Origin: Rhodothermales bacterium
GTDB lineage: Bacteria; Bacteroidota; Rhodothermia; Rhodothermales; Bin80
NCBI GenBank assembly: GCA_965207385.1
Contig: CBDBLZ010000017.1
Coordinates: forward strand, 65,090 to 129,089
Direction of reading: 5' to 3'
Length of the DNA: 64,000 bases
Part shown: positions 33,880-44,001 of the stretch, piece after piece
Layout of the letters: each line of letters starts with the position of its first letter
How positions within the stretch are numbered: the first letter of the stretch is position 1
Made by a program: the position numbers and the translations under genes
Notes under the pieces: generated by a model
The model's input: the letters and a program-made list of their open reading frames with translations, nothing else
Database searches by the model: none
What the model was told of the DNA's origin: nothing

Positions 33880-34779
33880 ATGCAGCCCGAATACGCCGAA
33901 TTCGTTCGTCGATTGGAAGTCAGCGGTGTTCTCGCCAAGCTCCTGGAAGAGGACGTGGGGCACGGAGACGTTACCTCTGAATCTACCATCCCACCCACAT
34001 CGAACGGTCTCGGTTCATTCTTGGCAAAGGACGGCGGAATCCTTGCCGGCTGCGCCGTGACGGAACGACTGTTCAGACTGACGGATGCTGACGCCGAGGT
34101 TCAGTGGCTTTACGCAGACGGCAACGAGATGGCACAAGGAGCGGTGATCGGCTCGGTTCGCGCTCGTACGCGCGCACTGCTCATGGCCGAGCGTTTGGCG
34201 CTTAACATCCTGCAACGCATGAGCGGCATTGCCACCGCGACGCGCCGTATGGTTCATGCCGCTGCGCCTTTCCGTGTTCTCATTCGCGACACACGAAAGA
34301 CCGTGCCCGGACTGCGGCTGCTGGACAAGTGGGCGGTTCGCATCGGTGGCGGTGAAAACCACCGGATGGACCTCTACGACCGGATCCTGATCAAGGACAA
34401 CCACATAGCTGCGGCAGGCGGGATCCGGGCGGCTCTGCAGGCTGCGCGCCGCCACGTGCATTCGACGGGCAAGGTAGTGGGTATCGACGTTGAGGCCCGC
34501 ACACTGGAAGAGGTCTCGGCCGCGCTTGCCACGGGCGGATTCGACGTATTGCTTCTGGACAACATGGCGCGTACGGATGTGGACGGGAATCTCGACGCAA
34601 GCATGCTCCACTCGGCCGTGCAGCTGGTCGCGGGCCAATTCCGTACCGAAGCTTCCGGCAACGTGACGCTTGAAACCGTCGCCCAAATTGCTGCTACGGG
34701 CGTGGACTTCATTTCTGTCGGCAGCCTCACCCACTCCGTGAAAGCGCTCGATATATCATTCGAAATCGAGGCCCTCTGA
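33880..34779 (+). CDS. nadC: nicotinate-nucleotide pyrophosphorylase (carboxylating)
   Basis: ORF 33787..34779 trimmed to MQPEYAEF (ATG at 33880). It has EDVGHGDVTSE, TRKTVPGLR, GGGENHR, ILIKDNH and LLDNM. Confidence 0.85.
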   Translation: MQPEYAEFVRRLEVSGVLAKLLEEDVGHGDVTSESTIPPTSNGLGSFLAKDGGILAGCAVTERLFRLTDADAEVQWLYADGNEMAQGAVIGSVRARTRALLMAERLALNILQRMSGIATATRRMVHAAAPFRVLIRDTRKTVPGLRLLDKWAVRIGGGENHRMDLYDRILIKDNHIAAAGGIRAALQAARRHVHSTGKVVGIDVEARTLEEVSAALATGGFDVLLLDNMARTDVDGNLDASMLHSAVQLVAGQFRTEASGNVTLETVAQIAATGVDFISVGSLTHSVKALDISFEIEAL

Positions 34780-34803
34780 GGCGGCCGCGCTGCCTTTCGA
34801 TCC

Positions 34804-35922
34804 ATGCCCGATTCCTCCTTCATTTACCATTGCGAGAGCCGGACGTACGACTTCGGTCCCTCCCATCCGTTCAGTCCGCTGCGGCAGGCTCTGGTGCTTG
34901 ACCTCCTGGACACGTTCGACGCCCTGCCTGCCGCGGTGGAGCCGGGCGTGGCAGGCCGCGGCGATGTACTCTCCGTGCACGACGAAGCATTCGTCGGCCA
35001 GGTCGTTGCTGCCTCCAGCGGCCAGTCCAAGCCGGATGCGGGCCGATACGGCATCGGAACCATGGACGTGCCCGCCTTCGAAGGCATGGACCGTGCCGCA
35101 CGCATCCTCGTCGGAGGGACTCTGACGGCGGCCCGCATGGCGGAGCCCGGAAAACCGGCGCTGCACCTGGGCGGAGGCCTGCATCACGCCATGCGCGGAC
35201 GCGCCGCGGGCTTTTGCGTCTACAACGATGTCGCCATTGCCATCCTGGATCTCGTTCGCCGAGGGCTGAGGGTGGCCTACGTTGACATTGACGCACACCA
35301 CGGTGACGGCGTGCAGAGCATTTTCTATGACGATGCACGCGTACTTACCATAAGCCTGCACGAGTCCGGCCGGTACATCTTTCCCGGTACGGGCTTCGTG
35401 GACGAGATCGGAAATGGCCCGGGCCGCGGCTACTCGCTCAATGTTCCGCTTGCCCCCCGCACGAACCACGAAAGCTACCTTGAAGTCTTCGATCTGGTGG
35501 TGCCGACGGCGCTCAAGCACTTCGGAGCAGACGCGCTGGTCGTCGAGTGCGGCGCCGATGCCCATGCAAGGGACCCGCTTGCCCATTTGCGCCTCGACTC
35601 CCGGACTTTCGTCGAGCTCTTCGACCGGCTTTTTACGCTGGCGGAGACCTGCTGCGGCAACCGCCTCATCCTGCACCTGGGAGGTGGCTATGACCTTGAC
35701 GCCACCGTCAGGATCTGGACCATCCTGGCCCTGCGCCTGCAGGGGCTTCCCCTGCCGGAGCGACTTCCCGCCACGTGGGTATCACGGTGGGAAAGAACCC
35801 TTGGGACAGACCTGTCGACCGGACTGCAAGACGCCGCCCACAGCCCGTCCGTCGGCGCCGCTTCGCGGCTGAACCGGCATGAGGCGCACAGGCTGCTGGA
35901 CCTTGTAGGTAACTACTGGTAA
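34804..35922 (+). CDS. histone deacetylase family protein (AcuC/acetoin utilisation-like)
   Basis: 372-aa ORF with GGGLHHAMRGRAAGFCVYNDVA, DIDAHHGDGVQ and GGGY. Confidence 0.8.
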   Translation: MPDSSFIYHCESRTYDFGPSHPFSPLRQALVLDLLDTFDALPAAVEPGVAGRGDVLSVHDEAFVGQVVAASSGQSKPDAGRYGIGTMDVPAFEGMDRAARILVGGTLTAARMAEPGKPALHLGGGLHHAMRGRAAGFCVYNDVAIAILDLVRRGLRVAYVDIDAHHGDGVQSIFYDDARVLTISLHESGRYIFPGTGFVDEIGNGPGRGYSLNVPLAPRTNHESYLEVFDLVVPTALKHFGADALVVECGADAHARDPLAHLRLDSRTFVELFDRLFTLAETCCGNRLILHLGGGYDLDATVRIWTILALRLQGLPLPERLPATWVSRWERTLGTDLSTGLQDAAHSPSVGAASRLNRHEAHRLLDLVGNYW

Positions 35923-37172
35923 TGGCTGCCATGACCAACGCACTGCAAGTGAATGGCGCGCGGCTGAGGAGTACGTTTGGTGACCTGACCCGCGCCGGCG
36001 CCACGGCACAGGGAGGGCTGGACAGGCCGGCTCTCAGCGAGGCCCACCTTGAGGCGCGGTTCACGTTTGAGCAGATGATTGCGGAGCGCGGCTTCCGGCT
36101 TCGCCGGGACACGGCCGGCAACCTCTCCGCCTGCCTGTCCTGCGGCCTGCCGGATGCCCCGACGCTGGTGCTGGGCTCCCACCTGGATTCAGTCCCCAAT
36201 GGCGGCAGATTCGACGGGACGCTCGGCGTGGCGGCGGCATTCGAGGCGTTGGAATGCATCCGCGAAAGCGGCGCGCCGCTGCGCTGCGACCTCGAAGCCA
36301 TTGACTTCACGGACGAAGAAGGGACGTGGGTCTCGCTGATGGGCAGCCGCGCGGCAACAGGCGTACTCAAGGCAAAGGATCTCCGCAATCCGAGAGGATC
36401 GCGCGAGGCATTCGACAAAGCCCTTGCGCGTGCGGGCCTGACGGCAGAGGGTATTCTGGGAGCAAGCCGCGCTCAGGAGAATCTCGCCGGATACCTGGAA
36501 ATGCACATTGAGCAGGGCACAAGGCTGGAAAAGGCGGCTGTAGACATTGGCGTCGTCAGCGGGATGGTGGGCATATCCATGTATCTCGTGACTTTTGGGG
36601 GGCGGGCCAATCACGCCGGCACGACGCCCATGCGCCAGCGCCGAGACGCTACGCAAGGCGCGGCGGCCCTGGCGCTGGAAACAAGGCGCACCGTCATGCA
36701 GGACTTTCCGGACTGCGTGGCCAACGTCGGCAAGATGACCTTTGCGCCAGGCTCCTTCAACATTGTGGCCGAGCGTGTAACAGCCTACCTTGAAATTCGC
36801 AGCCAGGACCCGGCGCGCATCGAGGCCCTGGAGTCTGCGCTGCGCGAGCTGGCCGGCCGCATTGCCGAGGAGCACCGCCTGACGGTGGACTTCGCCTTTC
36901 TCGAGTGCGTGGAGCCACAGGAAATGCACGCCCAAATATGCCGGAGCATCGAGCAGGCTGCCGCAGGATTGGGGCTGACCTCGATGCGGCTGCCGTCACT
37001 GGCCGGCCACGATGCCCAGTCCATGGCACGCATTTGCCCCTCCGGGCTCTTCTTCGTGCCTTCCATAGGCGGATTCAGTCATTCTTCCCTTGAAGCAACA
37101 GACTGGGATGACTGCCTGCGCGGTGCCAACACATTGCTGCATACCGCGCTAAGGCTGGCATCGCACCGATAG
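35922..37172 (+). CDS. M20-family Zn-dependent amidohydrolase (allantoate amidohydrolase / N-carbamoyl-amino-acid hydrolase type)
   Basis: 416-aa ORF with GSHLDSVPNGGRFDGTLGV, FTDEEG, GRANHAGTTPM and SLAGHDAQ. The start overlaps the upstream stop (TAATG). Confidence 0.8.
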   Translation: MAAMTNALQVNGARLRSTFGDLTRAGATAQGGLDRPALSEAHLEARFTFEQMIAERGFRLRRDTAGNLSACLSCGLPDAPTLVLGSHLDSVPNGGRFDGTLGVAAAFEALECIRESGAPLRCDLEAIDFTDEEGTWVSLMGSRAATGVLKAKDLRNPRGSREAFDKALARAGLTAEGILGASRAQENLAGYLEMHIEQGTRLEKAAVDIGVVSGMVGISMYLVTFGGRANHAGTTPMRQRRDATQGAAALALETRRTVMQDFPDCVANVGKMTFAPGSFNIVAERVTAYLEIRSQDPARIEALESALRELAGRIAEEHRLTVDFAFLECVEPQEMHAQICRSIEQAAAGLGLTSMRLPSLAGHDAQSMARICPSGLFFVPSIGGFSHSSLEATDWDDCLRGANTLLHTALRLASHR

Positions 37173-37195
37173 ACTCGTCCGACTCGCGCCCGTTT

Positions 37196-38593
37196 ATGCT
37201 CCGAGAGCTCAGCCGCCTTTTCCAGCGCCTGCTGTTTGCCGCCGATATCGCACTGGTCTGCCTGGCGTGGATTGCGGCCTATTATCTGAGATTCGAGGTT
37301 CTTGCTGACTGGCCAGTGCCGCTTCCCGAGTGGCTGCCTGTGGGAAGGTATCTCTCCTTTCTTCCGTGGATCGCAGGCGTTGCGGCCATCGTGTTCTGGT
37401 CTTCCGGCCTCTACATTGCCGACCGGGCCCAGCGGCTGACGCAGCTCATTGCCAGCGTCGCCAAGGCCTTCGGCGTGGCGCTGCTCATTCTGATGGCGTT
37501 CTTTTCCCTGTACCGCAATCTGTATGTCTCGCGCCTTACGATCATACACTTTGCTTTCCTGACACCGGTCTTCATGGTGGCCCTGCGGCTCGCATTGTAT
37601 TTCTTTGTGCGACGCGCCCGGAGCCAGGGCAGAAACCTCAGGAGAGTGCTTGTCATCGGAGCAGGCGTTGCAGGCCGCAGGTTGGCCGCCTCGTTTGAGG
37701 CCTACCCCTGGATGGGCTACAAGGTGGTCGGCTTCCTGGACGACCACAAGCGTACTGAACCGGACGTTTTGGGTCCCACGACAGAAGCGGCGCGTTTCGT
37801 GGACGAGGCCAGTCCGGCTATTGACTACGTGTACATTGCCCTGCCGCTGTCTGCGGCAGGGCGCATTGAAACCCTACTGGGCGAGCTTTCCACCCGGCTT
37901 GTGCATGTTTGCCTGGTGCCGGACCTCTTGCAGTACGACATCATCAACAGCCGCATTACCGAAGTGGACGGCCTGCCGGTTCTGCATATAGCGGACGAGG
38001 CTCCCCTGGATGTGGGGCGCCTTGCCAAGCGCACCTTGGACGTGGTATTCTCGGCACTGGTACTCATTGCCCTGCTGCCGGCGTTGCTGCTCATCGCGCT
38101 CGCAGTGCGGCTTTCCTCTCCGGGGCCCGTCTTCTACCGCCAGGAGCGCATGGGTCTAAACGGCCTCCGGTTCCAGATGCTCAAGTTCCGGTCGATGCCG
38201 GTTGACGCCGAGGCGGCCACGGGAGCGGTATGGGCCAGTTCTGCAGACAAGCGACCAACGGCCATAGGCAAATGGCTACGGCGCACTTCACTCGATGAGC
38301 TACCGCAGTTCATCAATGTCCTCAAGGGTGACATGTCCGTGGTGGGCCCTCGCCCGGAGCGGCCCGTGTTCATCGAGCAGTTCAAGGACCAGGTGCCCCG
38401 CTACATGCTGAGGCACAAGATGAAGGCGGGCATCACGGGATGGGCCCAGGTGAACGGATGGAGAGGCAATACGTCTATCGAGAAGCGTATCCAGTACGAT
38501 CTCTATTACATCCGGAACTGGTCACTCGGGCTGGATCTGAGGATCATGCTGATGACGGTGTGGAAGGGTTTTCTCAGCAAGCACGCATACTGA
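37196..38593 (+). CDS. polyprenyl-phosphate hexose-1-phosphate transferase (WcaJ/WbaP-type sugar transferase)
   Basis: 465-aa ORF with SSPGPVFYRQERMGLNGLRFQMLKFRSM, LDELPQFINVLKGDMSVVGPRP and DLYYIRNWSL. Confidence 0.85.
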   Translation: MLRELSRLFQRLLFAADIALVCLAWIAAYYLRFEVLADWPVPLPEWLPVGRYLSFLPWIAGVAAIVFWSSGLYIADRAQRLTQLIASVAKAFGVALLILMAFFSLYRNLYVSRLTIIHFAFLTPVFMVALRLALYFFVRRARSQGRNLRRVLVIGAGVAGRRLAASFEAYPWMGYKVVGFLDDHKRTEPDVLGPTTEAARFVDEASPAIDYVYIALPLSAAGRIETLLGELSTRLVHVCLVPDLLQYDIINSRITEVDGLPVLHIADEAPLDVGRLAKRTLDVVFSALVLIALLPALLLIALAVRLSSPGPVFYRQERMGLNGLRFQMLKFRSMPVDAEAATGAVWASSADKRPTAIGKWLRRTSLDELPQFINVLKGDMSVVGPRPERPVFIEQFKDQVPRYMLRHKMKAGITGWAQVNGWRGNTSIEKRIQYDLYYIRNWSLGLDLRIMLMTVWKGFLSKHAY

Positions 38594-38597
38594 AGAC

Positions 38598-40595
38598 GTG
38601 ATCCAGCTGCACGGCATTTCCCTGGCGTTCGGAGGCCGCAGCATCCTGGATGGGCTCTCCTGGACCATCAAGCCCCAGCGCCGTATCGGGCTCATCGGTG
38701 CCAACGGCGCAGGCAAGACTACGCTGCTGCGGGTGCTCGCGAGGCTGCAGGAAGCGGACGAGGGCCACGTCGCTGGCGATGTGAAGGTGGGCTATCTGGC
38801 CCAGGATGCCCAGGAAGTCTCTTCTTCGCGCACCGTGCTGGAGGAGGCCTTGCAGGCCTTCGCTCACATTGAGCAGCTGCGGGACCAGGAGTATCGGACC
38901 ACGCTCGAACTGGAACGGCAGGCGGACCCCACTTCAGAAGGCTACAGCAAGCTTCTGCAGAAGCTGGACCGCGTGCAAACGCAGCTTGCCGCGCACGACA
39001 CGTCGCGCTTCCGGCCACGGACCGAAGCCGTCCTTGCCGGGCTCGGCTTCGAGAATGCGGACATGGATCGTCCGCTAAGCGCACTGTCGGGAGGATACCG
39101 GATGCGTGTCTCCCTGGCCCAGATCCTGCTTCGCCAGCCCCAGCTGCTTCTCTTGGACGAGCCCACCAACCATCTGGACATCGTCAGCATTGCCTGGCTC
39201 GAATCGTATCTGAAGAGCTACGGCGGAAGCGTAGTCTTCGTATCGCACGACCGGTACTTTCTGAACCGGATGGCTACATCCATTGCACACCTGTGGCGCG
39301 GCAGGATCACCGAATATGCGGGCAATTATTCATTCTTCCTCGCCGAGCGAAAGAAACGCCGCGTCCTGGAGCAGGCGGCATACGAGAACCAGCAGCGGGA
39401 AATCGCCCAGACCCGGCGCTTCATCGAACGCTTCCGGTACAAGAACACCAAGGCACGCCAGGTGCAAAGCCGCATCAAGCACCTTGCCCGAATGGAGCGA
39501 CTGCTGCCTCCCGAGTCGGACGAAGCGGAGATAACCATCCGATTCCCGACACCTCGCAAATCCGGACGCACCGTTTTGGAGCTGTCCGAGTTCTCCAAGT
39601 CATACAACGACAACCCGCCCGTATTTGAATGCGCGGGACCCTTGCACATTGAACGTGGAGACAAGGTTGCGCTCATCGGCAAGAACGGTGCCGGAAAGTC
39701 CACGCTTGCCCGAATCCTGCACGGGACAGAACCCTTCGACGGCACGCGGAAGGTGGGCCACAACGTCGATCTGACCTTTTTTGCGCAGCACCAGGCTGAA
39801 TCCCTGGCGCCGCAGCACACGGCACTCGAATCGCTTCAGCAGGTCTCGGTCGGCAAGACCGAGGGTGAGCTCCGCTCGCTTCTGGGCGCATTTCTCCTGC
39901 GGGGTGATGATGTCTTCAAGCCGGTGAACGTGCTTTCCGGGGGCGAAAAAAGCCGGCTTGCGCTTGCCCGCACCCTCGTCAACCCCGCCAACTTCCTCAT
40001 CCTTGATGAGCCCACCAACCACCTGGATATCCAGTCCATCCAGGTCCTGATCGAAGCGCTTCGGCAGTACCAGGGTACGTTCGTCGTGGTAAGCCATGAC
40101 CGGCATTTTCTGGACCGGATCGTCAACGCAATCTGGTACGTGGAAGGCGGCACCGTAAATGCTTACAAGGGCAATTACACGGATTCTGAGTGGTACCGGC
40201 AGCACGGGACCATGCGTCAAGGACAGGGTGCCACCGCCCGTGCTGCCCAATCGGAGCCAGCCAGGCGGGCGCGCAAGGGCGGGCCCAAGTCGAAGGAGCA
40301 GAAACGACGCGAAGCAAGGGAGCGGCAGCGGGCGTACGAGGCGGCGTCGCAGCCTGCGCCTGCCGACTCGCTGCCCGGGTCCGGCATACGCGCGCTTTGC
40401 AGCGAAACGGAAAGGGCCATCCAAGCCGCGGAAGAAAAGCGCAGCCAGGCAGAAGCTCTCCTGGCCGACCCGGCCGTCTATGCGGATCCTGAACGCGCTG
40501 CCGACGTCACCTCCCGGTACGCAGCGCTGGATCGGGACCTGAAACAGCTCTATGCACGGTGGGAAGAACTGGTGGAACAACTCGAAGTCACCTGA
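38598..40595 (+). CDS. ABC-F family ATPase (Uup/YheS-like)
   Basis: 665-aa ORF with two ABC cassettes (GANGAGKTT / LSGGYRM; GKNGAGKST / LSGGEKSR), no TM segments, and a charged C-terminal coiled-coil tail. Confidence 0.85.
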   Translation: MIQLHGISLAFGGRSILDGLSWTIKPQRRIGLIGANGAGKTTLLRVLARLQEADEGHVAGDVKVGYLAQDAQEVSSSRTVLEEALQAFAHIEQLRDQEYRTTLELERQADPTSEGYSKLLQKLDRVQTQLAAHDTSRFRPRTEAVLAGLGFENADMDRPLSALSGGYRMRVSLAQILLRQPQLLLLDEPTNHLDIVSIAWLESYLKSYGGSVVFVSHDRYFLNRMATSIAHLWRGRITEYAGNYSFFLAERKKRRVLEQAAYENQQREIAQTRRFIERFRYKNTKARQVQSRIKHLARMERLLPPESDEAEITIRFPTPRKSGRTVLELSEFSKSYNDNPPVFECAGPLHIERGDKVALIGKNGAGKSTLARILHGTEPFDGTRKVGHNVDLTFFAQHQAESLAPQHTALESLQQVSVGKTEGELRSLLGAFLLRGDDVFKPVNVLSGGEKSRLALARTLVNPANFLILDEPTNHLDIQSIQVLIEALRQYQGTFVVVSHDRHFLDRIVNAIWYVEGGTVNAYKGNYTDSEWYRQHGTMRQGQGATARAAQSEPARRARKGGPKSKEQKRREARERQRAYEAASQPAPADSLPGSGIRALCSETERAIQAAEEKRSQAEALLADPAVYADPERAADVTSRYAALDRDLKQLYARWEELVEQLEVT

Positions 40596-41792
40596 TGCCC
40601 CGCCTGCGGCCATTTCCCGGCAGCCTCGGCATGGTTGCTGCCTTCTTCTGCGTGATCGGGCCTCCGATAGCGATGGCGCAGATAGACCGCCTTCCCCATG
40701 CCGACACGAGCCGCGGAAACTACTTCGGCGCGGCCGTGGCCATCGACGGAAACCGGATTCTGGTTGGGGCCCACGGCGAAACCAGCTGCGCCGCGAACGG
40801 AGGGGCCGCCTACGTGTTCGAAAGGGATTCCCCGACCGGCACCTGGAACCGGGCGGCACGCCTGGTAGCAACGGACTGCCGCAGCAACCTCTCGTTCGGG
40901 CGCGCGGTGGCACTCAGCGGTGAGCGTGCCCTTATAGCCTCGACTAGCGAGTTCTTCGCGACTGTCCGGGGCAATGCCGTCTACGTTTTCGAGCGCGACT
41001 CCGCCGGAGTTTGGGTGCAGACCGAGCGGCTGGTACCCTCATCCGACGCAGAGGAAGGGCCCGCTGGCGCTGCCGTGGACCTTGATGGCACTCGCGCGCT
41101 CATCACTACATGGGGAGATCCGGCCCGACCGGGCCGTCACGGGTCGGCCTACGTCTATGAGCGCGATGACGGCAAGTGGAATAAGGTGGCGCGGATTACA
41201 GGCGAGAGCCGCGCCGGCGTCTTCGGCGGTGCCGGCGCGCTAGCCGGCGACATGATGATCGTTACCGGCTCCACGTATTTTCAGAACCGGCCGGGCTTCG
41301 CCTACATTATCCGGCTGGGCCCGGACGGTTCGTGGCACCAGACGCAGCGGATTGCCAACCTGGACGACTTCTTTATTTCCATCGACATAGAAGAGAGCCA
41401 CCTCATCATAGGAGAAAGCAGGGACGGACCCGCCAATTCCGGCCTGGCCGCCGTGCATGTTCGGGATTCCACGGGTCTCTGGGGTCTGGCGGCCACGCTC
41501 AAACCTCCTTCACCCTACCGGGACGGCAGCTTCGGGACGGAAGTTGCCATAAGTGCAGACCGCGCCCTGGTGGTTGGATACGACGAGCAGTTGAGACTCC
41601 AGTACAACGTCCACCGCGTGGTGTACGTTTACGGGCTCGAACCCGATACCGGCGCGTGGACGTATCGCAGCATCATCGACCTGGGAGAGGCGGCCTTCGG
41701 GACCGCACTGGATCTCGACGGCCGCCTGGCCGTCATCGGAGCAGGCGTCGGGCGATATTGCCGGTGCCGCCTACGTCGTCCATCTTCATTAG
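40595..41792 (+). CDS. secreted seven-bladed FG-GAP-like beta-propeller repeat protein; the last 14 codons are reachable only after a +1 shift at ~41750
   Basis: The start MPRLRPFPGSLGMVAAFF overlaps the ABC-F stop. There are seven repeats of the form FG..V...G...LVG....G.AYVF (AAYVF, AVYVF, SAYVY, FAYII, LAAVHV, VVYVY). The seventh, GDIAGAAYVVHLH followed by a stop, is in the +1 frame. As given, the frame reads through into the next gene. Confidence 0.55.
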
Positions 41793-41803
41793 CGCCTGAT
41801 ACG

Positions 41804-42730
41804 ATGCAAAGACCTGGCATCATCGTGCTGGCAAGCTTGCTGGTGTTTGGATGCTCCTCGCTGGAGGCGCCTTCCCGGCAAGCTCCCGGCTACGTGCGCG
41901 CATCGGACCATTTCCGGTCATTCGACGCGCCGGCCGCGCTGTCAGACTACCTGCGCGCCAGCTCGGATGCCGGCCCACTAGTGGCCGCACTGCGCGGGGG
42001 CACAGAGGCGGGCTTTCCGGAACATGCGCTGGCTTCCTTCGACCGGGCGCTCCGCCACGGTCCCGTGGTTATACACGCCGACATACGCCTGACACAGGAC
42101 GGCGTACCCGTCCTCATGCACGACGAGACCCTGGACCGGACGACGACCGGAAGCGGACCTGTCCAGGAGCGCAGCTTTGCCACAGTGCGGTCCCTCCTTC
42201 TGCGCGATGCCTACGGCGCCATCACGCCATTCCGCGTGCCGACACTCGAAGAAGCACTGGCGTGGTCGCGCGGCCGCGCCATCCTCCTGTTGGACGTGCT
42301 GGACGCGAGATATCTGGAAATGGTTTTGGACGCCGTGCGCATGCGCGCGGCTGAAGGTCGTGTCATCGTAATGACGCACACGCTCATGGACGCCCTTAAT
42401 GTGAGTGCGCGTGCTTCCGAAGTGACCATTGCCGCGCATGTTGAGGGTCTGGCCGAACTGAATGCTCTCCTGGCAGGCGGCATCGATCCTTCACGCCTGG
42501 TTGTTTTCGCAGGAAGTGGCGATGTGCCAGCCGAGATCGCCGACCTTGCACGCCGGCACGACATCCGCGTGATGCTGGCCACCTTCGGCGAGACGGATGT
42601 GCGCGCACGATCCGCGGGCTCGGCCGTGTACCACTCCCTTCTGGAGCGTGGCGCAGGCATATTGCTGACACAAGAGGTTGCACTTGCTTCACGGGCAGCA
42701 GGCACCTTCCACGCAATACTTTCACGCTAG
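41804..42730 (+). CDS. glycerophosphodiester phosphodiesterase (GDPD) family lipoprotein; active-site motifs appear non-canonical
   Basis: It has its own ATG at 41804 and a lipoprotein signal (MQRPGIIVLASLLVFGCSS). ADIRLTQDGVPVLMHDETLDRTT is GDPD-like. The usual HRG...PEN positions read LRGG...PEH. Confidence 0.65.
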   Translation: MQRPGIIVLASLLVFGCSSLEAPSRQAPGYVRASDHFRSFDAPAALSDYLRASSDAGPLVAALRGGTEAGFPEHALASFDRALRHGPVVIHADIRLTQDGVPVLMHDETLDRTTTGSGPVQERSFATVRSLLLRDAYGAITPFRVPTLEEALAWSRGRAILLLDVLDARYLEMVLDAVRMRAAEGRVIVMTHTLMDALNVSARASEVTIAAHVEGLAELNALLAGGIDPSRLVVFAGSGDVPAEIADLARRHDIRVMLATFGETDVRARSAGSAVYHSLLERGAGILLTQEVALASRAAGTFHAILSR

Positions 42731-43287
42731 TGGCCGCACCGAACGTAGTGGAGGCCCTGGCGGTTGCCACCGGCTTTCTGTGCGTCTGGCTATACATACG
42801 GCAGATTGTGTGGTCATGGCCGGTAACCATCGTAAGTGCAGCACTCTTCTTTGCGCTCTTTCTTGAGGCGCGCCTTTACGCCAACATGGGGCTCCAACTG
42901 GTTTTCGTGGGCGTAGCCGTCTATGGATGGCACCAGTGGCTGCGTGGCGGCGCAGAAGGAAAGGGAGTGACCGTTCGACGTACGCCCGGCAAAGAGGCTG
43001 CCGTGCTGGCTGCGGTCACGGCTGGAGCAAGCCTCAGCCTCTTCCTTGTTCTTCGTTCGTACACGGACGCCAGCGTGCCGCTCTGGGACTCCATTGCCAC
43101 GGCGCTCAGCCTGGCGGGGCAGTGGATGCTGGCAAGAAAGAGGCTGGAGAATTGGCTGGTCTGGATCGCGGCCGATCTCATTTTTGTCGCTATATATTTG
43201 ACGGCTGGCCTGTACCTTACCGCTGGCCTCTACGCCGCCTACCTCGGCCTGGCCGTCAAAGGCTATCTCACTTGGCGAAGTCCGTAA
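42730..43287 (+). CDS. pnuC: nicotinamide riboside transporter PnuC
   Basis: 185-aa ORF with a GTG start sharing 1 nt with the upstream stop. It has VWLYIRQIVWSWP, YGWHQW and WLVWIAADLIFV. Confidence 0.75.
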   Translation: MAAPNVVEALAVATGFLCVWLYIRQIVWSWPVTIVSAALFFALFLEARLYANMGLQLVFVGVAVYGWHQWLRGGAEGKGVTVRRTPGKEAAVLAAVTAGASLSLFLVLRSYTDASVPLWDSIATALSLAGQWMLARKRLENWLVWIAADLIFVAIYLTAGLYLTAGLYAAYLGLAVKGYLTWRSP

Positions 43288-43425
43288 GTTGCCGGAAAAC
43301 TCCCCGGGCAGGCGGCGCATTGCGCAGCGGTTTCCCGGGGAAGCGCCCCGGACTGCCGCAACAACGGCCGGGCTACGGCGTGCAGACTGCAGCCAGGGCC
43401 CTTTTCACGTTAAACCCCGCAGACC

Positions 43426-43749
43426 ATGACGGAATCCCATACCCAGTCAGTTCTCAATAGCCTCAGTGAAGCCGAGAGGGCTGTGTTCCAGTCCGAATTC
43501 AATCGAAGCCGCAAGGATCCGACGCACGGGCTCCTCTTCTGCATGATTCTCGGCTTTATCGGCGGACAGAGGTTTTACCTCGGACAGGCAGGCCTGGGCA
43601 TTCTCTACCTTGTCTTCTTCTGGACCGCGATCCCGCTGATCGTCTCCATCGTGGAGTGCTTTTACATAGTGGAACGCGTGCATGCCCACAACGACCAAAT
43701 CGCAAGCGAGATCATCGCCAGGATTAGCAGGCAACGGGCGGCACCGTGA
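43426..43749 (+). CDS. TM2 domain-containing membrane protein
   Basis: 107-aa ORF with GFIGGQRFYLGQAGLGILYLVFFWTAIPLIVSIVE. Confidence 0.75.
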   Translation: MTESHTQSVLNSLSEAERAVFQSEFNRSRKDPTHGLLFCMILGFIGGQRFYLGQAGLGILYLVFFWTAIPLIVSIVECFYIVERVHAHNDQIASEIIARISRQRAAP

Positions 43750-44001
43750 TTTGAGCGGCGAGAATCCGGCAATGCGCCGGGTGCCGTGCGTGCTCCAACC
43801 GGCGCTGCATGCGAAACGCTTCCGGCACGTGGCGCAACGGGCCGCGGCGCGGGCCCGCTGCATGACAATTTCCTTGCACCTCACGTGCCTGCCAGGCACT
43901 CCGCCACAGCTACAAAGCGCGGCAGGGCCCCATGCGCGAAGAGAGGGCGGCTCCGCTTTCAGGCCAGTACAGCACCACGCGCGGCGTCCGGCCGGGCCGG
44001 C

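Noticed and set aside
39600-40913. 437-aa minus-strand ORF
   Set aside because: It is antisense to the ABC-F gene and to the start of the propeller gene, and its sequence is Arg/Pro-rich and shadow-like.
40559-42730. Single 723-aa propeller-GDPD fusion protein
   Set aside because: An internal complete lipoprotein signal, a repeat-completing C-terminus in the +1 frame, and an implausible Arg/Cys linker all argue for two genes plus a 1-nt frameshift. It is retained as a finding.
43750-44001. GC-rich palindrome-like string (gggccgcggcgcgggccc) between convergent genes, considered as a terminator
   Set aside because: It forms only a 5-bp stem with no U-tract, which is not enough to call a terminator.
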